A program made the translations under genes and the position numbers. From contig NMRA01000991.1 in the NCBI GenBank assembly GCA_002633005.1, positions 12,527 through 76,526 on the forward strand: a DNA stretch of 64,000 nt, given 5' to 3'. This DNA comes from Phoronis australis (lineage: Eukaryota; Animalia; Phoronida). Positions 1-12,031 of this stretch are shown here, in pieces (positions within the stretch are counted from its first letter, which is position 1; the number at the start of each line of letters is the position of its first letter). The notes below the pieces were generated by a model, which saw only the letters and a list, made by a program, of their open reading frames with translations, had not been told where the DNA came from and did no database searches.

Positions 1-518
1 TTTATGTTCGTATCATTAATCTAATTGTACAAATGAAAATGAAACCCTACGTTGTTTCGAACGTAAGGTAAATGAGCGCCCCGTTATGTGGTGATGGTCT
101 ACATAATTTGTCGCGAATTTCCCATCAAGAAAACGACCGCAGTTGGAAATCCATTAGACAGTGGACTGTGTGGTGCGGGTCCGGGTCGGCATAACGGCTG
201 TTCAGCAAATCGTTTCCAACGGGCAGGGAAAATCATGATCTGTGTTGATCATCTTGCTTTGTGAGAACTTCACATAGACTTTTCAACTAGTCGTTATGTT
301 GAAACAAAAACGTGACCATAATTAAGACAAACGATCAGAAACCAGCAGTTAGGCTCATAACATGTAGTGTGGGGAGTGTTCGAACTTTATGTCAGTGAAA
401 CCAAACAGAGTATCAAACCGTTTTTCCAATATCGAATATCCATTTACGCTGAGGACTGTTATTCCACAGTGTAAAAATATTGTTCTTGTGGTTTGGTAGT
501 TATTGTTCAGTTTCTCAC

Positions 519-549
519 CTGATAGTTCCGACTTCTTTCGAATAAGTAT
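519..549 (-). CDS. Candidate 31-nt micro-exon, possibly of the kringle gene
   Basis: The minus strand reads GTGTTTCAG|ATACTTATTCGAAAGAAGTCGGAACTATCAG|GTGAGA. Both splice sites are near-consensus and all three frames are open. No homology support. Confidence 0.3.
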
Positions 550-688
550 CTGAAACACCGTATAGGTGATTACATCTTGTAAAGAGCTACTGAACATTAC
601 ATGCGTACTGTACCTTTGGAGAAAACGACAAAGTGGGTCGCTTTAGAACATGTTATTTCACCAACTAATGAAATGACTCTGATGAGCA

Positions 689-1677
689 CAGTGGCGGATC
701 TAGGATATCACAAGGGGGGCAACATTTTGACTGTGAACATTTGTTCAAAGCACGATTGTAGATGCGCATAGCACCGAATGAAGGGAGGTCGATCAGGAAA
801 TTTTTCTGGTTCTTCCTCTAAAAATCAAGCATTTTCCTTGATTCCCGAAGTATTATCCAAGAAAAAAGGCAAAAAATAAACAAAAAGCGAAAAAGATGTC
901 AGCCAGGAAAAACTCTAAGTACCACAGACTCGAACTCACGACCTAGTGGACATTGCGCGCTTGCTTTACCACTGCACCACCACGATTTAACTCCTTTGAT
1001 ATTAAGAGACCTACTTGTTTATGGCCCACTGCGTTTGTGCGCAAAACTTCCTTCTTTTTGTTATGCTTATTACATGTTTTATATGTTGTAAAATCAGTTC
1101 GTAACAAATTTGTTGTATTTAAAATAGTCTTCAAATGCCCAAAAGACCAAATCCATTTTTCGTGTTGGCAATAATGACGGGATTGCTTTGGAAACCGTCT
1201 TAAGATAAGGTTTGACAAAGAGAGTATTGCGAGTTTCTGAGTGATTCACTAAGGCTTCGATTAAAATTGACATCTTACCAGCAGCTTCTGTTTTTTCACC
1301 ATCACTCAGACTCCATTTTCTTTAAAAAATGAAGTAATTTTCTTCATTGCACATAGGAGTAGACGACTGAAACGGAGTCGTAGTGTCCAGTGCCACTACT
1401 GAGTGAGCCTATACTTAGCTATAGTTCCGTTATGATTGCGCCGTGTTCCGAATTTGACACTTGAAATTTGATCTGAGCCCCCNNNNNNNNNNNNNNNNNN
1501 NNNNNNCACCTCCCCAAACACTAAAACTGCACACATTTAAATCTTGTTTCATCCGTATAATTTTAATTACCACGGTTAATTAATAAACTCAACATTTCTC
1601 CACGCTCTTGCTGTTTTGTTTTTTTTTTGTGGCAGCCAAGGGGGGGGCTTCCTCTGCCTCCCCTAAATCCGCCTATG
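689..1677 (+). mobile_element. Non-autonomous hAT-like DNA transposon (MITE), copy 1; probable 5-bp TSD (hAT5-like)
   Basis: Ends are CAGTGGCGGATCTAG ... CTAAATCCGCCTATG (imperfect TIR). Both ends match the inverted copy at 53492-54522. Flanks are GAGCA/AAGCA (5 bp, 1 mismatch). Contains an N gap at 1483-1506. Confidence 0.85.
918..985 (-). other. tRNA-derived (SINE-head-like) segment with Pol III A and B boxes inside the MITE
   Basis: The minus strand reads GTGGTGGTGCAGTGGTAAAGC...GGTCGTGAGTTCGAGTC. This gives an A-box-like TGGTGCAGTGG and a B-box-like GTTCGAGTC at tRNA-like spacing. No complete cloverleaf. Confidence 0.45.
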
Positions 1678-1910
1678 AAGCAACACTAATCAAAAATAGC
1701 CAAAGAAGTAAGATCGACATGAAGGGCCGGCCGCGACAACAAAATGAACCACGACATTAGAGTTACGCTTGATAACGCCAAAGAAACGGTACCCTTACCA
1801 TTTCAAAGACATAAATTCCGGCGATAATGACGTCGAAGCTGGATACGACGTATCCTTGTGCAGTTGCCCACGCCACTTCCAATAAGATTTCAGAGGTACA
1901 CGTCTATAAT

Positions 1911-4900
1911 TAGTGCGGTCGAAGTCGGCAATTTTGTTGTTGGATGGGTCATTTTCAATGTCCAAAGTCCATTTTCAAAAATCTTTATTAGTTAAACTCC
2001 ACATTCTTAAACCCCAAAAAGTAAATTAACAGATTCTCAAATAAACGTTCTAAAGGTACAATAAATGAGTCTGACCTATCTGCCCACTAAAGTGTGAAGT
2101 TACACCTTTGAATGAAGGTCCAGGTTCAGGAATCCAAGCCTCGTGATACCGCGGCACCAACAAGCAGGCATTGTTCAGCCCTTTGCGCATATTGGATTCA
2201 CCAACAGGGAGGGGGGGTACATTAAATGCTTTTATAAAAAAGAAAGGTCAAATTTTCACTTTCCGGACGAAGAAATTTTAACTTCGTCCTTAAACATAAC
2301 AATGTTGTTAAATATCAAATTTAGAGCAAAATAAATACAAGTAAAATTTCTTTATAGGCCATCCTCGTCTTAAAATATTGGACTAAACTGCATTCAAGTG
2401 TCACATTTCCCCGACGTGCGCAAAAGCGTTATGTGATTGTATCTAAAAACAATTTTTGAAATATTGGCTGGTGACGTCATTCTGCCGCGTGTCGGTGTTT
2501 TTGCCGTGCTAAAAATCAACGTTTAAAAATTTTGAACGCGCGTGAAAATTTAAACTTTCAAACAAAACTCACATTAACAGGTCCAGAAACACTCAGTATA
2601 CTATCTCCAATTTTTTTCATGGACTGCATCTGCATTTTCATACTCCACGGGACCTTTAATTCGACCTTGAGTTCAAAATTCACCAACCACCCAAAATGGA
2701 CGACATACCGGCAAGTGACCGAGTTTGCCCACATACGTGTACGTAGGATAGTCCTTACCAAGGCCCGGTGTGAAGGTTATTTGTGTGCAAAAATATGGTC
2801 AATTTTATGGAATCTTGACGAAGAATTTTTGTTTTTTATTAAAAGTCCTATTTTTGTAAATTTTAAAATTTAATTGGAAATTTCTACATCAAAAAAAAGA
2901 AAATAAAAATTTTTCGTCCGGNCCCCCCCCCCCCCTCTAAATAATGCACCAATCGCAATACAAATGTAACCAGAGTTGAGTGCGCAAAAGATACAAAGTT
3001 TGATGATAGCTGTGGATTTTACCACTTCCACGTGGTTTGCCATGGCAGCCAAGTAAACAAATTATGCAGTGTTTTTGGATCACTTCATATCTTTTTTAGG
3101 ACCATTTTGCCCAGTGAAAGTCAGTTTCATTTCAAGCAGAGTAAAGAAGTGAATTTTCATGAATTTTAACAAGTTACTGGAGTATTTTAAACGACTAACT
3201 GTATGATTTATATGCTTGTGTCAGTGCCTTCAACTGGTTGATTTTCTATTTCAGTACAGATCACTTGAAGGGGTGCTTTCTTCAGTGGTACATCTTCCCC
3301 TGTACTGCCAAAATGAAGTCGCATTGTAAGGAATTGTTGTTCCAAGCTGAGGACTGATTTCACTATTTCTGATTCAGTTATGAGATGACTAAAAGATTGG
3401 AAAAATAAATGAGAAGCATGTTTTGTACTGATGAGAAAAATGTTTCGTTGATGATAACGTATCTTATGTAAAAGAGGTCTACACATCTATCTCAGTCAAA
3501 AACAATCACATTCCATGTAACTCTGTTGTGGCTAACTACTTTTTCGATGTTCCACCCATGCAGTGGCAACAGTCTATAGCTGTTACATATGTACATGTAC
3601 GCCACTGATATAATCAGTCATTAACTTCCCAAACATGACACAGATTTGTTTTCATATTCATTGAGCAGATCATCCAAGGTACTGGTAAGAACAGATACTA
3701 GGCAAAAACCCTCAATTTTGATAAGATTGGTCAACCCTCCAAAATTTTGCTTCTTTCATAAAAAAGATAATTATTCCCTAGCGTACTTTCTTTCAATTCC
3801 ATTTCTTGACATAGCTCAAAGATGATACGTCTAATACAAAATATTATCATTTTTATTTAAGCGGTGAGTACGAAGGAAGTGACTTGTCAATTTTCTAGAG
3901 TGAAAGACTTTCAAGGTAGTTGAGGGTTTTATCTACCGTACATCAGTCAAAACTGAAATAATATCAGTACAGTTACCATAATGTGTAAGCGAAAATGATC
4001 CAATCTTTTACCATTAGTAACCTTGAATGCACAGTACTTTAGATCATTAAGCATTATAAAAAGTATCCAACTGCACAAAATTTTCTTGACTAAATTTGCA
4101 TACACATAACTACAGTGTTTTACCATGGCGACTGACTAGTATTCCCTTACACCAGTATTCCACAACCATGATTTAAAAAATAGGAAGTTGCACAAGGATT
4201 GGAGGCTTGAAGATTCACAATCCAACGTAGCCTTTCTCTTTTATTAAGATCAAGCCCTCTTGGAAAGCAGTGCTATCACTGAAGAGGCCACCTTCAATTT
4301 AAATGTCACAATTAAATATTTAAGAGGCAGTCCGTATAAAAACCAGTAGATTTTCAAAAATCAGTCTATACGTCAAAATTTAAAACAACTTCATTTTTTG
4401 TACATGGGTAGGTATCCTAACAACAACCCAAATGCCAAATTTTGTGCACTCAATGACCCCTAATTTCGCCGCTGGAGCATGATAACACATATTGGCACAA
4501 TTGGGCATATTAGCCGTCTCAAAAATCGCACGTTTTCAGCAACAAAAATTAGTATGTTACAAAATAGATCAAAAGCTATATTTTGGTGGCTGAAATAACC
4601 ACCGTATTCTGTGCATAATTCCGTGCCATTTATTAAAATCTGACACTTTTGTGCAAGACAGGGGAGATAATCCACAGACCACTTTTTGGAGCTAATTTTA
4701 GTTGCCATTTTTGTGACTTTCTTACTGCCATAAAACACCTTGTAGCCTTATGTGACGTTTTGAACATACGGTTAAAGAGTTAGTCTTGATGACTGAGCAA
4801 TAAAAAATCTTGCCTCAACTTTGCACTTCAGTGAAAATAGTCTTGCAAAACTGTCTATTTTCATAGTTTGGAAATGGCGAGCAGAGTTTACAGACCATTC

Positions 4901-7132
4901 GAACAAACTTTTAGGCAAGAAGTCTGCTTTAAATATTTATAGAAACCAAGTCTAAACTCTTTCAAATGAAAACGAGATGTTTTCCGGGTTTATTATGCGA
5001 CTAGTATCAAAATTGAACCCGATGACCTTTGCCCACTGAGGGAGTCAGTTGAGGTTAAGCTTGAGGATATATAAAAAATGTACGTGTAACCCTATTGTAT
5101 TCTTCCATTTGTTTTACATTATCAGGTTAATTTAAACACTCTGTAGAACATGAGTGCCTTTAAGATTAAACGAGTAAGAATTGATATTTGTAATGACTGG
5201 TTTTGAGAGAAGCAAGTGTATTTTAAAAAGACAAAATGGCGGACGATGTCGATGGGTCTTCATGTTCCTTTACAGTTTAGTCTGAAAAAAATCCGATCAC
5301 AAAAGCTTTGTGCTTTAGTGAGTTATGTCAAAGACACCACTGAACATTTGAGATACAGGAAACTACCTCACAAAGCAAGGCCTGTGCCAGAGTACGAACT
5401 CGTTCTTCCCAGAGTCGGTGAATTTCTGACTGAACAGGACCAGTCATGGAAGAGTGAGGTAATGCTGGATGTTACCACTCTGCNGTTCAGTAACACTAGA
5501 ACCTCTCTACAATTTATCCAAAACCACGTGTTCTCATTTAGAATGCAGAGCAATATCTCGCGAAGTTTCGAATTATAGCAAGGTCCTCGGGTTACTGCTC
5601 TTATTCTAGATGCGTCTTCAGTCTCCACGTAAACAAAAGCAGCGCCATCTATCATTTAGAAGCACGCATGCCGGTTGATTTACGTACATATTTTTTGTAA
5701 TAAGCAATAATCATCAATGCCGTTTTCAGAGAATGGTAATTAATAATGCTGTCTGCCTTTTCTCCAAAATACAAGGTTTTTATGTAGTGTTTCGCAAGCT
5801 AATTGTATTTTCCAAGAGCCCCCTATTGGCAGCAGCGGCAATTGAGAACATGCAAAAGGACGAAGTGCAGTTCGTGTAATGCTTCGTACGCAAAAACTAC
5901 ATCAGAGGCAAGATTTTTTATTTTAGATTATGAACAGGTTAGGAATGACTGAACAAATTATTATAAAGTCAATTTCAGGAAAGGTGCGTTATGGCTGCTA
6001 CAGAGTGCCAAATTTGGCCGAAAATGGCTTCATTGAAAACCAGAAAAATAGTCATATTTGACTCACAAATTCAAAACGTATAAATTTAAAAATGGATTTT
6101 GAAAGTTATGCCATTAAATTATTCAGGCATTGCCCTTTCAATTCGTATTATTCATTTGTTTTTACCTTACCACACATGCTAGTAAAATGCATTCAAACAT
6201 GCGTACTTCAACGCCCAATTTTGTTGCAGAATGGAGGTACAGGTCATAAAAAGAAAAGTAATGAATGAAAATTCTTAAAAAGTGAGGTTTTTCTACATCT
6301 CAACAAACCAAACTTATGTGCCAAGTTTCAAAAAAATCGGTGATTTTGGGTATAGACTCTACCTGTTGGTTTTTATATGGAGTCACACTTAAATGTTGCG
6401 TTCTATTGATAACCTGAATAAAGAAAGCCCCAAGTTACAAAACACGACTTCAAAGCACAAATTTACCACAATATTTAGAGAAATGTGAATCATTTTGTGG
6501 TACCTTATCAAGCCTTCAGGAGAAGTTGGCTGTCAAACAAAAAAAAAACATTTCAAAAAATATTTCAACTTTTTTAGCCGAGTTTAAGATCACTTGAATG
6601 GGAAGTTCACAGTAAAATAATTAGAATATTCCTAATATGTTTGCACAAGAACGTGAAAATTGAACAGAGTTCCTTTTTGTAGCAGCGTTTGTCAAAATGT
6701 ATCTTCACAAATTACAAAGTAGCCGGTTGAACATGCCTTTCAGTTCAGCAAAAGTCGCCATGTTGTCGGTGCCGCCGGAAATGAGGCTGTCCAACGGGAA
6801 TTCTCAGCACATTTAGCACTCAATAAAAAAGAACTGCGATAATGAAATTTGGTGAAAACTAGTGAATCGCGCAGAATAGTAAGTAAATATATGTCTCCCT
6901 AATTTTTACCGTAAATTATCGGCAAAAATAATTTATACTAAGTTTTAAACTCGTAACTTATTCCGCTGTCGTCCAAGATGGCCGAACCGATCCAAACAAG
7001 TGACCCACATTTCGCCACAAAAATTGCAATAACTTTGCCATACTTGGCTCGATTTTGATAGGATGCATTATCTTTCCGATGAGGGTAGAGAATTTTTTCA
7101 AAACGAAAAAAAAATTTGGTTCGACCGCCCTA
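1911..7132. mobile_element. Non-autonomous hAT-like DNA transposon with 7-bp TSD (hATw-like)
   Basis: TIR is TAGTGCGGTCGAA ... TTCGACCGCCCTA (13 bp, 1 mismatch). Exact 7-bp duplication CTATAAT at 1904-1910 and 7133-7139. No intact transposase seen. Confidence 0.75.
4324..6388 (+). mobile_element. TTAA-flanked DNA transposon (Sola3-like), deleted, nested in the hATw-like element
   Basis: TTAA at 4320-4323 and 6389-6392. Imperfect TIR GAGGCAGTCCGTATAAAAACC / GTGTGACTCCATATAAAAACC. A decayed N-terminal ORF near 5235-5450 (KDTTEHL...EYELVLPRVGEF) resembles that of the element at 33379-38399. Confidence 0.7.
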
Positions 7133-8466
7133 CTATAATATGCAGACAAATTCACGTCTAAGAAGAGCAGAACCAGTACTGACACCTAACGGAATGACTC
7201 CTGCGACAATACGAACAAAGATGTTACGTCACTCACACAAATAATAACACAAATGATGCACATAACACCACCTCTGACCATTGGGTCGACGACTGCTTAC
7301 AGAATAGGTGAAACACTGGCCTCTGCATGTCAATCTTAATACTACACACAAGATGGAAATTTGAACGTATTACGGGCAATTATGACGATGACAATGAAGA
7401 TTGATGACGGTGAGTAATGATGGGAAACCATTAACGTGCCAAAGAAGATTCAAAATTGTCATTTTTTTTCCTTTTAACTACATGTATCAAACTTTAAAGC
7501 TTCAAAACGCTCACGCCAAGCAGTGACTGGCAATCTCGAATTAGTGTAGAATGCTATTCCTTGCAGGAAATGGATGACAAAATATAAATGTCCACTCACA
7601 TATTTAAATTATCTGTACCAAATGTCAGCGACAGCGGGACTATGGCTTGGCAAACCAGAATTTTGCAAAATAGCTTCCAGTGTGCTGGATTTCAATCAAC
7701 ACAAATCGCGCACTGTGTAATGTTGCCGGGATAAATTAATGTAATTTGTTTCCACCAGATAAACAAGTAATGACAAAGCAACGCACGTTACGAAAATCAA
7801 TTCCTTCAAGTAATAAAAGCGTTCTCGTGGAGTGATCCTTGGCAAACCGTACCAGGATAAATTACATCCATTAAGAATGTTCCTGTGCCGTGTTCACCGC
7901 AACTTTGGTGTGGACGTCCAGGACATGTGACGTCACAACCAGACCGATGATAACCAGGCTGCCATTGCCCAGGCCAATAGCATGAGCAAGTCCCTCCGTC
8001 ACTTAATCCCGCTTTGTGCTGGAAATTAAGACATCGAGGTTTTGCCTATAATCAAGTCTGTACAATTAGCCACACATTCAGAACGTGGAGATTTTCACTG
8101 GTGTCTATCTAAAATGTAGGTTTTTTGTGTTCTATCACGAGGCAAATTTGTTTTGAACTTCTTCAAGGCGAAGGCAACCTTTTTTCCATGTCATTTTGAC
8201 CTAAAATAAGGTTGGTTGGTTATCCTAGACATATTTTCCTCTTAATTACGGTTTTTCGTAATTTTATAAATTACTCGTCCGCTACTCCTGAAGTGACGTT
8301 TTAGGAGGCAAGCGTTTCCCGCCACTTGGTTTTGCGTTGACTTTACCGAGCGAATCTGTTCTATCTTACTTTTGTTTTGTGCTGTTTTTCAACAATTGTC
8401 GCCATCACTTTCCATCGGCGAGTATTCTGCGGCGAGATAGGTAAGTAGAGATTTAGGGATTGTTTA

Positions 8467-8780
8467 GTGTGTTTTAAGCTGAAAATCGCTGGAGTCGGTG
8501 ACCCGTATCAGAGTAACAGTAGTGTGAGTGACGGAGACCTTGTTCACAGCAGTGGTGACGAGGATTTTTTTCACGGACATTCAGTGGGTGGGTACATGTT
8601 TGAGCCCGAGTATAACAGGGCAGAGTACGCACAGGCACAGGCAGCTATTGAGAGAAACGAGGCGGTTACTGAGGACAGACGTGGTGACACATCTTGGTGC
8701 AACAGCACTGTCTCAATGCCTACCTCAATGGAATGCTTGTGCTGTTCAGAGTTCGACGAGGTCAAGCCACTACTGGACAT
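8467..8780 (+). pseudogene. KolX-like accessory protein N-terminus (P2X7 cytoplasmic ballast / Cys-rich Zn-domain family), truncated
   Basis: GYMFEPEY...RRGDTSWC...MPTSMECLCCSEF matches the PYxFEP...WCxCxxC..MPT..EC.CC.E signature. The ORF then reads on through the antisense of the transposase to 9366. Confidence 0.8.
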
Positions 8781-9572
8781 GATTAAGTGGACTTCCGGCA
8801 TACCACGGAAAGAGGAACAACTGTCCCACTTGCCAGAGTGTCCCGCGACACACTCCCACTGGATGGTGACCGGAGCACCCAAACATCTTACACCGTGTCG
8901 TGTGACTCCCTCGCCACACACCTGGCCCCTTCTAAATAGCGCCAACACTTTAGACAAGTCCACAATAAACTTATCAAAGTTTAGCTCACCGATCTGTTCA
9001 CTGGACGACGAACTGTCCTCTTCACTGGGTGTCGAACTGAGCCTGTTATCACTCCAACTACTCAATATCGCTTCAGGGCTGCTTAGAGGCTCTGGAGTGG
9101 AGAAAACAGCACAGGGCGAATCACTACTGGTTCCAGGAAGTGCACTCTTTGGGGTACGTTTGGAGGCACGGGTGACAGTAGATGAAGTGCCTCCACTGGC
9201 TCCAGTCACTGTACTGGCCACAGCTCGCGAGGCTTCTCGCTTCAAAAACGCACTTCTCGGGGGTGGCGACGGGGCACTGCCGGGAATCAACACAGACGGA
9301 ATAGCGTCCTTCTTCAGACGTTGTTTCGCAGGAACCTTCATCAGTTCAGCGTACAAATCCCTTTAGTAATCGGACGGCAGATAGTGCTTGCCACACACAC
9401 GGTAATTCTCCACTGCTTTGTACGTTGCGTGGACGGGTAACGCTGCGTTCTTCACACGACCGAACCAAGTACGGCGAAGTGTGTCATCCATCGGAAAGCG
9501 ATGCAAAGGTACTCCCAAAGCGCGCGTGAGCCGATAGTTAGTACATCCCAGTACGCAGCAACAGTGTGGCGT
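8780..9572 (-). pseudogene. Kolobok transposase N-terminus (THAP zinc finger plus Cys/His region); DDE core deleted
   Basis: Translates (ACG)PHCCCVLGCTNY...LHRFPMDDTLRRTWFGRVKN...YRVCGKHYLPSDY*RDLY...RLKKDAIPSV, a THAP C2CH fold with an AVPT-like box, followed by VTIQWECVAGHSGKW...GMPEVHL. The presumed start codon reads ACG (9570-9572) and there is an in-frame TAA at 9363-9365. Confidence 0.85.
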
Positions 9573-12003
9573 GTTGACTGATTAGTAAATGAAAGCTAAC
9601 GACAACGGAACTTAACACAACCGAGGTAGAACAATGACTGACTCGGCAGCTCTCACAGTCAGACTACATGTATATGAAAAGAAATTGGCGCGAAATGCTT
9701 GCCTCCTAAAACGTCATTTCCGGATCAGCGGACGAGTAATTAATAAAATTACGAAAAGATGTAAATTAAGTGGAAAATATGTCTAGCATAACCAACCAAC
9801 CTTATTTTATCTCAAAATGACATGGAAAAAGGTTGCCTTCGCCTTTAAAGATGAAATGTGTCTTAAATGTAAATCAACGGGGTAGTATTAACCCCATCAA
9901 ACGTTGCGTGATATAATTATTCAAAATGAAATCTCAAATATCTATATTTAATTATTCCTCATGTATGTTTTATTCAACACTGTTTCACAAAAGACACCGA
10001 GATCAAGTATGTAGGTATCACTGGGTGCTGAACATGGAATTATATTCTAAAAAGAGTTCTATGGGTATTGACACAGGGGCACATTGATTTTCTGTCGCTG
10101 TCAGTCTTCGACTATTATATTAATTTAAGTTTCAAGGTTGTGATAAAAAGAAATTAAGTCAGTTATAGGTTCAAAATTCTAAAATAGGAAGGTTCAATCA
10201 TGCTGGCTACAAACGGGTGTGAGCACAGCAGATATCGGGATTTTTCTATCGAGGTGAAAAGCCGCGTTCACTAACACGACGCAATTTTGATTCAGGTTTT
10301 GGTAGTATTAAGATCGCTATAATAAAGTGGTGCACCAGAATCAAATTCTCCCAATAAACACTAGAAGTCGATGTAAAACGACGAAGGGAGAGGGGCTGAG
10401 TGTTTTCTTCTACTCTACGGTTGTAGTTAACCGTGTTTGCACTTCGACAGACGTTATTCCACTATGTCTAAAATGAATTGTAAAATTTGCAATGAGAAGC
10501 CAGCTGTTACCAATGAACACCAACTCTGATCCCAAATCCCCAAACTTAAGACGCCTGTTTTCAAAATCTAGGCAACGTGGGAAGTGTCCATCGTATGTAA
10601 ATCCAACCATCTGGTGGTTGGAAAATGTGCGTAATGGATATTCTGCCTTGATAATTGCGTAGGAAAAAAATTGAAACCATGGAGCATTTCAAAATTAAAT
10701 TTCAAATTCTTTGTATTGTACAGGTTATAGCGTAACACCAAGGTTATAATTTCCAGGCAATATAGGCAGCTAATGCTCCCTAATACCTCTCTTACAGAAA
10801 TCAGGGCCCCTCTATATTAGATTAAGGTTACATTCCAGAATCCGGCTCAATACAAACGCTGATATCTAGAGACGATGATGTGTTCCTAGGACACATGAAA
10901 GCCGTGTTCAGACTTTCGTAATGAAGGGTGGATTTCTACATCAGTGTAGAGTAGACCTTTTAACCGCGGCTCTTTTTTCTGTCAGTGTTGAACGGAACTT
11001 TCTAATATTAATATATGGGCCCCACTCTCAGTTGTATAGGATTTTGCAAGGACCACCAACACTTTTCCAACATTTATAGTGCATCAACTAAGTTAGTAAG
11101 GTTATCTAGGACCTTTATAAACGACCACATCTTTACATCGATTATAGAAAAAGTATACGCATTTTCAACAATTAATAGTATACATTTTCTGAAAGGAGAA
11201 AGATCGCGAAATCTAAAAATGTGGTTCTTACTACTGTGTCTTTATCATTGTGACCTGACCAGGTTTTAAGCTAAATTACTTAATATTTTCATACAAAGTA
11301 TATCCACAGCCGATTTTACTAAAGCTTTTTTCATGAAAATTTCAACTCATGTCTCAAAAACGCTGATAGATTTTTAATGTTTCTTTTAGATTTGGTTTTA
11401 TGCTAAATAAACCCTCAAAGCTTAAGGCATCTTTGTAAAAAACAGGGATCTTGTTCGGAAATCGATCAGTACGGGAAAACTAAGCATTTTAAAGCAAAAC
11501 GGTTCACATTTACAAGTAAACACAGCCTTTTCTATGAATCATTTAGAGTAGCGGTTAGTAATAAGTTGTGAGATAACCTTACACGTCGGTTAAGCACCGG
11601 TATTTCGATTTAACCGAAAATCTGGAACGTGTCGTTGGACACCTATGATACAGCAAATTTTGCTAAAGGTGCATTTTAGTCTGAAGTAATCGCTACCTAA
11701 AGCACAATTTTGCACCAGATATATTAACTACGATCTAGACACGAAATTCGTTAAATGGTTCTCGCCTTTACATCTGACCGTGACATCAGTTGGTCTTGTG
11801 CAAGACAGTTGGTGCTAAGAAATTATTTGGTCGTAGACAACGACTGAAACACCTTAAACCGCTTGTGAAACCAAAAACCGTCAATATTTCACTGCTAAAT
11901 TTGTCTGAAACCTATGTCGTTCCGTGGTTTCTGACTCCTTAGTCATGGGAAGTCTGTGAATTCAGTTTTAACTTTAATGTGCCAGTGTAACAAAGGTACT
12001 CAC

Positions 12004-12031
12004 CGAAGTTTTAAATGCTCCACACCACATT
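12004..12031 (-). CDS. Candidate 28-nt micro-exon
   Basis: The minus strand reads ATGCAG|AATGTGGTGTGGAGCATTTAAAACTTCG|GTGAGT. Phase-1 reading gives (x)CGVEHLKLR. The polypyrimidine tract is weak. Confidence 0.2.

Larger units (their letters stand above)
8166..9844. mobile_element. Internally deleted Kolobok DNA transposon with ~160-bp TIRs
   Basis: AGG...CCT termini with flanks TTCA/TTAA (TTAA-type TSD, left copy mutated). TIRs 8166-8324 and 9686-9844 are about 90% identical by eye. Contains the THAP-transposase 5' part on the minus strand and the KolX 5' part on the plus strand. Confidence 0.88.

Noticed and set aside
7870-8000. Minus-strand EGLAHAIGLGN resembling a metzincin HExxHxxGxxH motif
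   Set aside because: It lacks the first His/Glu and the last His, a stop follows soon after, and there is no splice support.
8780-9366. C-terminal two-thirds of the 299-aa plus-strand ORF as a real protein domain
   Set aside because: It is the antisense of the Kolobok transposase, brought in by the internal deletion, and has no recognisable motif.
11015-11070. SVGG...EWGP as a serine-protease IVGG start (plasminogen-like gene)
   Set aside because: There is an in-frame stop and no acceptor, and I noticed no AAHC or GDSGG motifs in the window.
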